In this document: positions 25,790 through 38,782 of the stretch, one piece after another
Layout of the letters: the number at the start of each line of letters is the position of its first letter
Numbering within the stretch: the stretch's first letter is position 1
Assembly (NCBI RefSeq): GCF_023055435.1
Contig: NW_025963824.1
Coordinates: 21,204,001-21,268,000 of the forward strand
Length of the DNA: 64,000 nucleotides
Direction: 5' to 3'
From: Haliotis rufescens
Taxonomy: Eukaryota
The notes under the pieces: model-generated
The model's input: only the letters and a program-made list of their open reading frames with translations
The model's database searches: none
Told to the model about the DNA's origin: nothing
Translations under genes and position numbers: made by a program

Positions 25790-27814
25790 TGTTACAGTAA
25801 ACAAGTATAATCAGTGATTAAGTCTAATAACTGGAAATTTCAGTGATTATGTCTAATAACTGATTCACTCGGTGGTTATGTCTAATTACTGGAATCTTCA
25901 GTAATTAGACATAATCACTGAAATGAACCAAGGGATTTTATATTTGTTTACTGAAAGCATATCCCTGCCTTTTTATAATAACTTGTGAGAAGCATGTACT
26001 ATAATAACTTGTGAGAAGGCTTCATAATCCTGTCCTAAGCCAATCAGGCACACATATAAATGGTTCACCTTGACCAGATACCTCACACTTTGACTCATGG
26101 AGCCTCACGGTACCTTCAGAGATGCACTGTACAAGATGTATGAGGAAAACAGGCGTGTCCTCATCCCGAAGGAGCTTTACTTGGAATCTATTAACAACTT
26201 GCTAGAAGCCTCCATTACCACTAAGAAGACACCACACCACTACTACCTCCTGAAGAAGTATGAAGTACTGAAGTGTGGTGACGTTGACAAGTTGATCAAA
26301 CGACGCCAGTCATCAGAGGAAGATCCACTGTATTTCGTGACCATCGAAGATACGTACGACACTATCAAGCGCGCTCACCTGGCAACTGGTCATGGCGGAA
26401 GAGATAAGATGATTCATGAAATAAATAAGAAGTATGCCAACATCACCATTGATTCACCATGGTTTACCAAGATCATCTTACCAAGTTTGTTGTGTTGCGT
26501 CCCCTAACGTCTAAACGTGCTTCTGAAGTCGCCTATCAACTTTTGGACATATTTCTCCTACTTGGCGCTCCTTGTGTGCTCCAAAGTGACAATGGATCTG
26601 AATTTACAGCACAGGTTGTAACTGAATTGAAACTTATGTGGCCCTCATTGGTGATCGTGCACGGAAAGCCTCGACATCCCCAAAGCCAAGGTTCTGTAGA
26701 GAGGGCGAACTGTGACATTAAAAAAAGACATTCTAGTTGCTTGGCTTGGAGACAATGACACCAGTGATTGGACTGTAGGACTTAAGTTCGTCCAGTTTCA
26801 GAAGAATTCAAGTCTCCACAGTGGTATCAAAACCTCACAATTTGCAGCTCTCTTCGGATCTGATGCTCGGACTGGCCTTGCATCTTCAACCCTCCCACAT
26901 GAAGTTCTTCAGCGACTGCAGTCAGAAGATGATCTACTTTCGGCCATTGAATCTCCTGTTTCCAATGCTGACAAGTCATTAGAAGAGCCCACTCCATCAT
27001 CCAGTGACGCTTCAGAAGTATCTACTCAAACATCCCCCGCCTCCCAGGAAGATCAAGTAGCAGCACAACTTAACAGCATCATGCAGAACAGAAAAAGAGC
27101 CAGAGAAGCACAAGAAGAACAAGCCCAGCGCATGGTGAAACGCAGCAAACGTGTTTTTGGGCCTGTAAGTGTTGGAGACAATGTAACTGTTCCTATCCCC
27201 CATGTCGACAGAGGAAGAGGTGATCCACGTAACATAATTGGTGTAGTTATTGAGTGTAGTGACAATGACATGTTCACAATTGCAGTCAAGGGTGGTGTGC
27301 TAAATGGGAAATATTCCCGTAACCAGTTTGATGTATGTGTCACCAAACTGTATAATGCTGACGATTTCAATACCGATCGAACACTCTCTTTGCGTCAAGC
27401 GGTTCTAGATGTCATTCAAGTCTTTCATGTGCAAACAAACATTCCTGAGTGTCCATCTGACTGCTATTTGTCATACCATTCATGTCATACCATTCACGTC
27501 ATACCATTTTATGAAATAAAAGATTGAACTGTTTAAGCTCATTTCTGTGATTTTTGTGTAAGGTATCTGGTTACAGGAGGTTGTATTTACTTACACTAAT
27601 CTAATTTCAAAACTAGCACACATTATAAAAACAAGACAGGAATATGCTTTCAGTAAACAAGTATAAAATCCCTTTGTTCATTTCAGTGATTATGTTTAAT
27701 TACTGAAGATTTCAGTAATTAGACATAACCACCGAGTGAATCAGTTATTAGACATAATCACTGAAATTTCCAGTTATTAGACTTAATCACTGATTGTACT
27801 TGTTTCCTGTAACA
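25790..27814 (+). mobile_element. Ginger2-type DNA transposon (KRBA2/SCAND3-like integrase), internally deleted
   Basis: ~190-bp TIRs with TGT...ACA ends and TATA 4-bp TSD (25786-25789, 27815-27818); HLATGHGGRDKM, YQDHLTKF, LQSDNGSEF, HGKPRHPQSQGSVERAN, VDRGRGDPRN. Confidence 0.9.
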
Positions 27815-28423
27815 TATACAAGTATTTACTTTATACAGGTAGATACATACAAGAAGCGCTGTGTGCCAGGTCGGCAAACAGTGGTAGTGGTTGTTGTCTT
27901 GGTAACCCGGAGCACAGAGCGTTTTTCATCTCTGGACCAAGGCTATCCAAGGTTACCTGACATGGATTAAATCAGAAATTTTAACAACAGTAATTAATCA
28001 GTTACATAGTTGCACTGCTCGTTCAGGATGGAAGACAGTCAATGTACAGTTCAATGGGGATTAACAATGGGTATGAACATCTTACAGTAATTGCAACTGA
28101 GTGATTCTGGAAATGCCATGACTACAAGGTATTAGTCTTTGTTCATTCAGACAAAGGTTGTCTCAAATCGGTTACTGTGGCAATATAAAAAAAACATCAC
28201 CCAACACATAAAGATTGAAATATCCCGGTACACAATGATTTGCTGACCTCTTAAGGACCTCAGTTACATGATGAACGAACAGAGGCATGCAGTCATGGGC
28301 ACGATGTGCACGGGGTGCTTGAAAACCTGTGTGTGGATGTATTGTGACAGAATCGTTGCATGTCACTTTTTCAGAGAGGACAACAACATTTGCTACTGGG
28401 GATTGCAACAACTGAATGCACTG

Positions 28424-29362
28424 ATGCCCCTTAAGCGTCAAAGATTGCAATTGACGACCTAAGAATTAGGCAGATGCATAGGTATGCTTGAAACTGGGTC
28501 AACACAACGTCACGTTGCAAACGTCTTTGGTGTTGGCCAAAGTGTGATTAGCGGGGCATGGAATCGATACCAGACGTTTGGATCAGTGACATATGCCGGT
28601 GGTCAACAGATACACCACACAGGGGAAAGACAGGCTGCTTCTCATTGCAGCAAGATGTCATCACTTCGTTACTGCCACCACACACAGAAATGACCTGCGG
28701 AACGCCAGTGGCCTTAACATTTCTATTTAGAGAGTGCGTAATCGTCTCTGTGAGTCTGGTCTCCGGTACTGAAGGCCAAGCATTCGCATCCCACTGACCC
28801 GACATCACAGGCAGGCACGTTTGGATTGGGCTTTTTAAAAGATCACGTCAATTGGACAGACCAGACCTGGGCTCCGGCACTTTTCATTGATGACTCGAGA
28901 TACTGCCTAGACTTCACAGATCGTCGTTCCCGAGGATGTCAGGATTCCAACGTAGCCGTACATAGCCGCTATGGGGGGGGGGGGGGGGGGGGGCTCAAGC
29001 ATGATTTGGATTTGCGACCAGTAGATCTGGAAGAACCGATCTCCATGTCCTACCCCCGGGCACGATGTCAGGTGTGCGCTACAAGGATGACAGTCTGGGT
29101 GTGTACGCGAGACTGTATGCAATCGGACCTGGCATGGAGTGGCCAGATCGTCACCAGACCTCAACCCAATCAAGCACATGTGGAACGAGCTGCAGATCAC
29201 CCTCTCACGACGCCCTTTCCTTTCGGCAACTCTACATGAACTCGGCAATGATCATACTGAAGAGTGGAACAATCTTCCCACGGCAACAATCCAGACACAT
29301 AGAGGCAGCATGAGACGAAGGTGCCAGGCTCTGATCGCATCACGTGGATCACATGCGCTATA
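28424..29362 (+). mobile_element. Third, more divergent Tc1-type transposase remnant
   Basis: IGMLETGSTQRHVANVFGV..SVIS..WNRYQ; LFIDDSRYCL; WPxxSPDLNPIKHMW; SMRRRCQALIASRGSH; a long G run at ~28973-28993. Confidence 0.85.
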
Positions 29363-30125
29363 CTCAAAATTGGGTTTTTCTTACAATTAATTTGTTTTCG
29401 TGTTTTTTTTGGCGTTTCAAAGATTAACATGGGATAATCAAAATGACATTTAAGGGCTCCAAGGCTGATTCTGTCAAAATCATCTTTCTATCTTTCGTTA
29501 TATGGGCTAAACATTTGAACGGAAAATACTTTACATAGCCCCTGGGAGGTTTTGCCATACAATCTCGGCCATCTATTAGACATTCCGGAATGTTCTTTTG
29601 TTCAGTTTTCAAATTTTCAATCGAGAATTTGGTCAAAATATTTTTCAAAGCGTTCTCTGGAATGGTAGTCGCCAGTTTGAAACTCGCGCCGTAAAGCTCG
29701 AAAAAGCTGCTTTCTGATTGGCTAATGTCGACTTTTTGTGTGTCATTTCATTGGTCGGTCAAAGTTCACGAAAGGTCGTTCTGGCGTAACCTGATATGGG
29801 GGTGTACTCAGATCTTCGTTAAGCGGTAGCGAGAACTAAGATCTGATTATAATGAAATTAACTATTTCCAAGTAAGTATTCGTAAAATATAAATATTTAA
29901 ACTATCTAAAGTAGACAAAATATTTATGGACAACAACTTCTTTATTTTACTGTGACAGTGACAGTATAGATCCATACCGAAACGTCGCTATTACAGTTTA
30001 CTAAAGAAGTTGTTATCCATTAACCTTTTGTCTACTTTGTCACAGGTCAGCTTGTAAGAAATGCCGATCAAACAGCTTAAACTATCTGTCAAAATTAAAT
30101 ATAGGGGATCGTGTTCAGCACAGGC

Positions 30126-30161
<36 letters not shown>

Positions 30162-30388
30162 AGATATATTATTTATAATCATGAGGGAAACGAATTATTA
30201 TACGGACGCTTCCTCGAACATATGTTCTCGAGAATATTGACATACGCGACATCAAGTGTCTTTGAATGAATACTCTTATATCTTGAACATTTAGACAGGG
30301 GGCGTCTCCTTGGCACAAACAACGTGGTTACAGGTAATACAACATGGGCATGAGATGGTTACACTATGTGACCTGCATGCATGTCACA

Positions 30389-30968
30389 TGCCCCCCTTTC
30401 ACTACGACCACGAATATCCCGAATCACCCCGAATCGGAAACTTTCGAAATTCGTGATGATTCGACCAATAATGCAAACTTTCGTGGCTAATCGGGTTGAA
30501 AAATATGAAGAATGCTAGGAATGGGTTAAGAAACATGTACGAATTACAAGATTCATGTACGGATCATGCACGAATTGTAAGAATCACCTACGACTAAGTT
30601 ACGAATATGCCGATGTTGTTCTTACTATATTCTTGCATGATTCGTCATTGACTCGGGACATTCGTGGCTGTTTCCGGATGTTTTCGGGTTGGGGACAAGA
30701 AATTTTGGGAGCCACGAATCGCTAAGAATAGCCAAGAAGCTGTTACGGAACATAACAATTAATTACGAATGGATTACGATACAGCCACGAAATTGCAATT
30801 CGGGGACCCTTTCGCCGATTTGACGAACTCCCGCGAACTGTACGAATGTTTGGGAATCAAATAAGATTCATTTAAGAACTTCAAGAAATGATTGAGATTT
30901 ATCTACGAACATGAAACATTTCCTATTCGGTGTTACTCGGTATTCGTGGTCGTAGTGAAATGGGGGCA
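30389..30968. mobile_element. Non-autonomous TIR element (MITE, possibly PIF/Harbinger-like)
   Basis: tgcccccctttcactacgaccacgaat ... attcgtggtcgtagtgaaatgggggca inverted termini; many internal cgaat repeats. Confidence 0.8.
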
Positions 30969-31290
30969 TAGTGTACCCCCTTGAGAAAAACCTTCGAGCT
31001 GCAAGGATTATCTGTCTCCAGTGAATTAACTTTGTGGGTTTCTGGGCCTTGGCGAGGGGCTTTCAACATTAATTCAAGAGGGACAGATAACCGGTAACAA
31101 TATCCTAGAAAGCTTACAATTATTGAATAGTACTTCTGCTTTCAATGACTGTCTTTTACGTGAACTATCAATAAAGAAAAATGTTGTTGTCGGTGATTCC
31201 GTAATTCAGATAGACAACCCACTTAAATCATTGAAATCAACTCTGCCGCTTTTTGCAATATATTTGCCAACGCCAAATTCGGTTCGGTTT

Positions 31291-31619
31291 ACCGCCCGGA
31301 GAGCGGAAGGTCCCGGGTCCGATCCCCGGCCGCGTCATATACCAAAAGACGTTAAAAGATGGTACTTGTTGTTACTTTGTCTGGCGCTCGGCATTAAGGG
31401 GCTAAAACAAGGACTGGTCGGCTCGGAGTCAGTATACTGTGTCTGAGTGGGGTATTCATGTTAAACTGCGGTATGGTATCTCAGTGTGCTAGCACTACAA
31501 AACGGCATCAGTCCGGACTAGTACAAGCAGCCACACAAACACATACATGTACATGCACATCGCTATATAAGTGCAATAATCTTGGACGCGACGTTAAACC
31601 CAATTTCACCTCACCTCAC
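31291..31619 (+). mobile_element. tRNA-derived SINE, 5'-truncated copy
   Basis: Highly similar to 6887-7230; TSD cggttcggttt / cggttaggttt (1 mismatch). Confidence 0.88.
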
Positions 31620-33179
31620 CGGTTAGGTTTCAAATTCAATTTAGCGCGTTTAAAACTACAAGTATCCTAGCTCAACATTGAAACCATAGTATTTTCTCTT
31701 CTATGAGGTGGGCAATACTGAAACTATTTTCACCTAACATTATACAAGTAACATGCCACAGTGGTGGAGCTGTGTTCTTACTGACCCTGGCGTCATGCAA
31801 CGTTTAACGTTCCCTCACACACGGGGTACAAGAATTCCGCCCGTCTATCCATCTGACCCAACAGTTTGGAATAGACTCGTAACTAGCGATACTGTGCATT
31901 CTCAGTAGTATGAGATCAAATCTAGATGTATGGACTCAGGTTCGATCAAAGAACTCTATTCAAGAATGCATAGTTAATGTTCACATCAAATTCAAAGATG
32001 ATACATAAATCTTTTCAGAGAGAAATAACGTGCTGACGATTTTTTGTGTGGGCATTCATCAAATGAAATAAGGTGCTATTTATGAAATAAGAGAGTTAGG
32101 TGTTTATAGCGGATTAAGTAGATCAACAGTGGAATCTGTATCTCAACCGTGTTAACGATAGAAACGCGTGCAGGGGTAGTTATTTTTCAAATAGCTTCTC
32201 TATTGTATATTTGTGTTTCTCTATAATTATATTGTGCCTAAATACTGTAAACTATATGGATTAAACCTAGGCGACACCGTTCAGTAATCTTTAGGTGTAC
32301 GGGTCCGTCGACCACGGCAAAAAAGAAAATACATCCCTGTTTCTACATATCAAAATAAGAAAAAGTTTTATTTCAACCCCTCCGCTGCTGGGGGTGACAA
32401 GAAGAATCTTAAAATAGGTTGAGGGTTGTAAAGCGAATTCGATCGACCCTAAACAACATTCTGAAAATAATCTGCAAGCCTAAGATGCGTTTCTTTCTTC
32501 TATCGTGTATTAAACTTATCACATCTATAAGGCATGCACATTATAGGTTTTTCGTTTTATTAGTGGTTGATAACTTAGACGCATTTCACTAATAGCGTTA
32601 ATGAATTAAACCTTCCGTGTAATCGTAACAACTACACGCGCTTGGTTGGGGATTCAATTGAAATCTGCTCACTGACACGGTAATCACACTGGTTTCAAAT
32701 TGCGTAAAGACTGATTGAAATCTATTAAAAGATAATGGAATTGTTCTCTTTTACAGAGTGCAACGCATTCAGAAACAAATCTATATATTTTGATTGTTGA
32801 GGCTGACTGTGGGTTGCTGCGGGTGCTCCCGAAAAGGAAGGACTCGTTCATGCATATCTTATAGTAGTAGGGTTTTATGTGAATAGGTATAAACAGTCTA
32901 TAAATGATTTGATTTAAATATGCTATAAAAATGAATATTAATAACATAGTAAATATAACAATGCGGTCATAAAGATCAAAATACTAAAGAAACAGTGTGA
33001 TATTTTTACAAGCCCGGTCAGGTGGGTGAGGACCCAATGAATGGTCACCTGTTTGAAATTGTGAAATAAAAACATACCCATTCACATCCTAATTAGATCT
33101 TTATCGCCCATAAAAAGAAATCAATATATGTACACACTTGAATTGTAATAACATAGATTACAGATATTGTATGCTTTGA

Positions 33180-33570
33180 TGCGGGAACACCTCGCTGAAA
33201 CCCAACTTCGGAAAATGTCAGGATGGACTCGGGCTGTAGCCATTTCTACTTATCTACATTACTGACCTTGATCACGTAATACCAAATACTACTTCCGGTG
33301 TAAACTGAATTGACCGAAGAATATACGGAAACTGAAACATGATATTTGATAGCGCATCTGCTATTACACGCCGAAACATTTATCCCACACAGCTCCTCGC
33401 ACGCGGCACTGAAACAGTCACTAGCCATTGGACCGTGAAAACCCGTGACCTCATTAGCATACTGACGAAAACATCATGGCCGATTGAGGCGGCGAAAGGC
33501 AGTCCGTCTGGAGTATTATTCCTGGTTTTAATGAAATAGTGGCCGGTTTTAGTCCCTCTGACAACTCAAA
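33180..33570 (+). promoter_or_regulatory. CpG-rich promoter/5' UTR region of VPS13
   Basis: CpG-rich unique sequence just upstream of the ATG, with an ETS-like acttccgg motif; contrasts with the CpG-poor intron downstream. Confidence 0.5.
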
Positions 33571-33670
33571 ATGGTTTTCGAATCTCTTGTTGTGGAACTT
33601 ATTAACAAGTTCGTTGGAGATTATGTGGAGAATTTGGATGCATCGCAACTCAAGTTGGGCATTTGGGGCG
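33571..33670 (+). CDS. VPS13: VPS13A/C-type intermembrane lipid transfer protein, coding exon 1 (chorein-N)
   Basis: [33 protein letters not shown](G); GTAAGT donor; 100 nt. Confidence 0.95.
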
Positions 33671-34877
33671 GTAAGTTTTCTACTTTTACGGTGTAAGCGT
33701 TTAGGCCTACCGATCATGCCGATGTCTTATGACTTTGCGCGTGATATCGAATCAGTCTGAGCTCAAGTGGAATTTGCGTGGGCTGACGACCCCGTACGAC
33801 TATATTTGACACATATGGACATATTTATATTTTTAGAGCGGGCGTCGCCGTCGATAATGCACAACTGTTAACTGTAGAAATGCACGCACTATGAGCCGGC
33901 TTCTCTCACGTGTGCGCGCTTGAATGACAGTACTTTCTTCGCATAAGATCACTTCCTGGAATTAAAAGAATACGCCAAGTTGCTCATATATCTGACACCA
34001 GCAGCTAATTCTGGCAACACATGGATCACCGCCGTAATCACGTGCCCATGTTATGTGTGCGTTAATATTTGGTGATGCAAATGAATATATACATTTCATT
34101 GTGAGGGACAGCTTTGTTCTGAAGCTGCATCCGTTGCAGATCGATATGGCAGTATCGGTCACGTGACACCGAATGTGTCTATTTATATGGAAATTTGAAG
34201 TGGTTGTGACGACTGTGGTCTTGTGTTTACTGCGCTATTTGCGCTTTTTATGCATATCACATTTGCCAGTTCATTGAATGACTACAACATATAGACTGCT
34301 GTGACTGTAGCTCTTTAAATCCTTTGTAATTCCAGCCCAGGCGAGAGGCTCTTAGAGATGTCATTTTGGCCTTGGGTATAAGTATGACTAATATTAGAAT
34401 AATAAGTATACAAAAGTAAGGATGCAATTCAACTCATGTTTAGGTTTAAACCTCAATGGGTCCTTAGTAAATGTATAGATCCTTGTGTAATGAGTTTTTG
34501 AGCATCTAAGAAGTACTTCTCATTACGTGACTAATAACAATCCCAATTCACTAAAATTTAGTCTTACCTTTGAAAACATTTGTTTCTTGAAACAAATATA
34601 TCATCAACTGACCATGTCTTTTTAATTTTATAGCGATTATGCCTTGCCAAGCAAGATGAATTGATCAGGCACCATCTTGTTATCATGGTTATGATCACAT
34701 GATTTACAAACATCAGCTGATGCATAATCGGTGCATACGATTGTTCTTATGCAAAATTGTCATCAGATCAAATTTTATTAAAATGTGCATTAGGGAAAAA
34801 GTGAGTTTTGAGGTGTGAATATCCTCATGTAGCTTAATTTGCCACATAACTTCTGTCTATCTCTCTTCCTCCTCCTC

Positions 34878-35340
34878 CTGTGGTCCTGTGGATCAACTGT
34901 GTCACATGTGGTGCTGTGGATCAACTGTGTCACATGTGGTGCTGTGGATCAACTGTGTCACACATCATTGCACATGGTTCTGTGGATCAACTTTTTCACA
35001 TGTGGTGCTGTGGATCAACTGTGTCACACTTGGTTCTGTGGATCAACTGTGTCACACATGGTTCTGTGGATCAACTGTGTCACACATGGTTCTGTTGATC
35101 AACTGTGTTACATGTGGTGCTGTGGATCAACTGTGTCACACATGGTGCTGTGGATCAACTGTCACACATGGTTCTGTGGATCAACTGTGTTACATGTGGT
35201 GCTGTGGATCAACTGTGTCACACATAGTTCCGTAGATCAACTGTGTCACACATGGTTCTGTGGATCAACTGTGTCACACATGGTTCTGTGGATCAACTGT
35301 GTTACATGTGGTGCTGTGGATCAGCTGTGTCGCATGTGGT
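34878..35340. repeat. 28-bp minisatellite in VPS13 intron 1
   Basis: ctgtggatcaactgtgtcacacatggtt, period 28. Confidence 0.92.
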
Positions 35341-36480
35341 GCATAGTAGCACTAGCTTGTCTGCAGGAGCAGTCTTCACAGTGCTACATGTGTCACCTGT
35401 GTGATGATTTGCCGCCCAGTTATGGCTGAATGGTTGATGAAGCTGGTTCCTATGTGTGTGGAAGGCAGGGATGGCTTGCTGAGTGCAGCAGCTGTTGAAT
35501 CATTTCCTCCCACCCCCCCTGCGGCTGACTCAGCAGACATGTGACATTGTTGTGAGCAGCACAGACAGATGGTTGTAGGTTGTGTAGCATTGCCATTGTC
35601 ATGTGCTGCACTTCAAGCCATGCATGACCACTGGACAATGAAACAACTCGCACATACATTTTCCTTGTCAGGACAGATCAATTTCTTTCAATGCATTTTT
35701 TATCAAATATGTCTTTGATTGGAAAATTTCATTTCAAACACATCAAAATATCAGACTTAAAATATTTGAAAAACAATGAATTACTTGGAGTTATTCAAAC
35801 ACCTGCTGTAGATAACGTCTCCGAAGAGATGGTATTGGCGTTTCGATGAACATTAAAATGGCTGGGAACTTTGTTTTGTGCAATTCTTGTTTGCAGCACA
35901 CCCACTGCGCATAGAAGTTGATTTCCATCTTGCCATGGCATTGCTAATGCATATTTACAGTTTAACAAAGCTGTTCTTATGAGCACCTGGTAGTTAAACA
36001 ATTATTGTGTGCTGTTCACATTAAAAAATGTGCATGAGTATCATGTTCCAAACAAGCTCGGAAACATCCAGATTGTGCACCGTGTATGAACTTGCACGTG
36101 CAAGTTGTAGATCACCACCTTAAAGTCGAGGAGAGGGAAGGAGAGAAAATTTGTAAGTTTTAATATCCGAGTTGTCTCATTCTTATTTTCGTTAACATTG
36201 GTGTCATTAGACAAACTGACCCTGGCTAGCTGGTTAGTGTCACATTCTATCCCTCAAACATGCTATGTCATGCATAAGTCTGAGCTGTCAACTACTGACA
36301 GGCACAGTGTCTAGTGATATCACAGCAGGTCATCATGGTCATAATGATATGTCCATGTCGCAGATTGTGTAATCACATCTGTGAGATGGTGGTTCAAGGT
36401 TACAAGTCCATCCATCCTGCTGGTCTGTGCATGTGAGGGGGGTGTGACGGTTATCAACATGATAACGTCACTTGCAATAT

Positions 36481-36547
36481 TTTAAACCGGACATTTGAGA
36501 TTCCCAATCGGACATGTCCGGCGCATATGACGGTTTCCGGACCCCTG
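36481..36547 (-). mobile_element. Solo terminal fragment of the hAT element found at 57509-58649
   Basis: Reverse complement of caggggtccggaaaccgtcatatgcgccggacatgtccgattgggaatctcaaatgtccg. Confidence 0.85.
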
Positions 36548-37779
36548 CTTGTAACACCAAAAGCCTTGCCACTGAGGGATTACAACACTGATATTAGTGA
36601 TAGTAAGAACTGTGTCACCTATGTCAACTGTGGACATGGTGTTTTCTGAATGAAATTGTTTCGGGTTGGGGTTTCTTTGAACAGACAAATGGCACAGTTT
36701 CAGCACCGGTTGATTCCATGTTTTTATATTGCCTCTATGTACATGATGTATGTTAAGCAAGATAAAGCTGTTTTGTCTACTTACATTTAGAAGGATGCCC
36801 TCATTTTGTACATGTTGTAGTTCATAGTAGTTTACATCATGAACAACATCGTTGTTACACTTTTCAAGGGAGTAGGTGGCCAGAGTCAAGACTTCTGGGA
36901 TGTGGACAATGGTGGACTTGGAAATGACTTGTTTACTTTTAACATGCCCCCAAAGACATGCCAAAGTCTTGCCTGGTAGATTATGTATATGTCTGGCCTG
37001 GAGGACACAAGGTGCAGTTTATCTACATAATCTGCTACAGTTGATACATCTTGGACACAGCACTGGAGTTTCCAAAACATCAGCAGCCATCATGAAAACT
37101 GAGTTTAAAATAATAGGTTTTGGAGGGTAACAATATGTTACTTGGGTCATTGTGTGTCATCAGACCTTGACAAGCCTTGAATTTGTACAAAATGACATAT
37201 ACTTGTAAGTCAAAGTATTAAAACACACACAAATATTTAGCGAAGATGTTTGACATGTATAATTTAGATTTATGATGGTGATAGATTTGTGTGCTAAAGA
37301 CCCTGAAAATTTTTATGACAGACTTAATATACTTTTGTTGTTAGTGAAATAAAAATCTTGTTGGAAAATTTATGATAATCATACTGCTTTTAAGGTCTTA
37401 TTATTCATATATAGTATGCTGATTTAATAAAATATTGACAGACTAAGGCTAATAACCCAACAAAAAAGCCTTGAAAATGACAGCAAGCAACCTTGAAAAG
37501 CCTTGAATAGGCCTTGAATTTTAGGGTTCCATATCTGCATGCATTTGGAGAGTCTCAATAAAACAATCGAGGATTATTTCTAATATATTGCGTGAAAAGT
37601 GAATTCTGTGTTTCACAGTGTTTTTCTCGTGAACACACTATCTGTGCTGTGAGGTTTCCCCCACTTCACATCTTCTTACAGTACTGTACGTTGCATTCTA
37701 TGAATAGCAGCAAATCTCAATGTGAGCATGGTAAGGAAACATCATTCACAGGGTGCAGCCAGGGCTGGATGCAGGCAGT

Positions 37780-37950
37780 AGTGACCCTGACAGTTGGTCC
37801 CTAGCAGCCTCATGCTGGTCGTCAGAGGTGACTTAATGTCAGTCATAATATCAGTCACTAGGTTGTCTAGTCAAAATTTGATTATTTACAGGCCACTTTC
37901 ATACAGATGGTATATTGCTGATTCGTCATTAAACAATAAACACGCACATA
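37780..37950 (+). mobile_element. Internally deleted copy of the non-tRNA SINE-like family
   Basis: catgctggtcgtcagaggtgact...gattatttacagg...tatattgctga...ttaaacaataaac. Confidence 0.6.
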
Positions 37951-38782
37951 GTCAACAAAGTGGTAGTGGTCATGTGAACTAGGTGGTAGTGGTCAGTGTG
38001 TCAGTTTGTCTGATCCACCCTCTATTGTTTCCTGCCATCCCTTGTGTGAGGCTGGCCATTGATAATGTTCTTGCAACTACAGTATGGCTAAGAAGGTGCT
38101 GACACCCTGTCCAATCCCTCACTGGGTCACGGCTTGAGTGATCAGCATTCAGTTTTCCTTTTCCTTTTCATATTCATATTATATAGTCACATAGGAATTC
38201 TGTTCAAAGACTTTCTTATCTTCAGATTTATTAAAACAATAGTTTGTTCGTGTTTTTGAATGAATGCACCATTGATGAGCATGTAATCACATTGAATCCT
38301 AGTATAGGGAGGACTATACTCTGCTGGAGTGTTGTCCTTTGTACCAGGTCCCCCCCCCCCCAGTCACCTGTTTGTAACCTTACAAGTTTCGTGATGGAAT
38401 AGTACATGGCTATACAGTTATTTAGTAAGACCATCTGCATATCCCACATTTCAGATATAGTTTTCCTCCTCAGTGTTACCAATACTTTGAAAATGTTGAT
38501 GATTCGACTCCTTCATGTCCATGGCCTTGTTGACAGGAAAGTATCAAGTTTGTATGTGGTCTGACAAAAGGTGTGAAAACAATTCATGTTTGGAATGTCA
38601 TATTAACTGTCTACAGTGTAGAATGGCATGTGTGTGATGGTCATTCTCAGCAGATAGGTGTGATGCCCAGAGTTCACTACCAGCCTTGTAATACAGTATC
38701 TAGCCTGCAGTGTGTGTACATGGCTCCAGATAAGCTCCATTGCATATTCATGTAAAATACACACCAAACATGTTATATTTCA

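Noticed and set aside
32780-33243. Divergent minus-strand gene sharing the VPS13 promoter (ATG at 33243, possible 39-nt exon 33010-33048)
   Set aside because: Weak donor, no consistent open spliced frame and no recognisable protein; would need transcript data.
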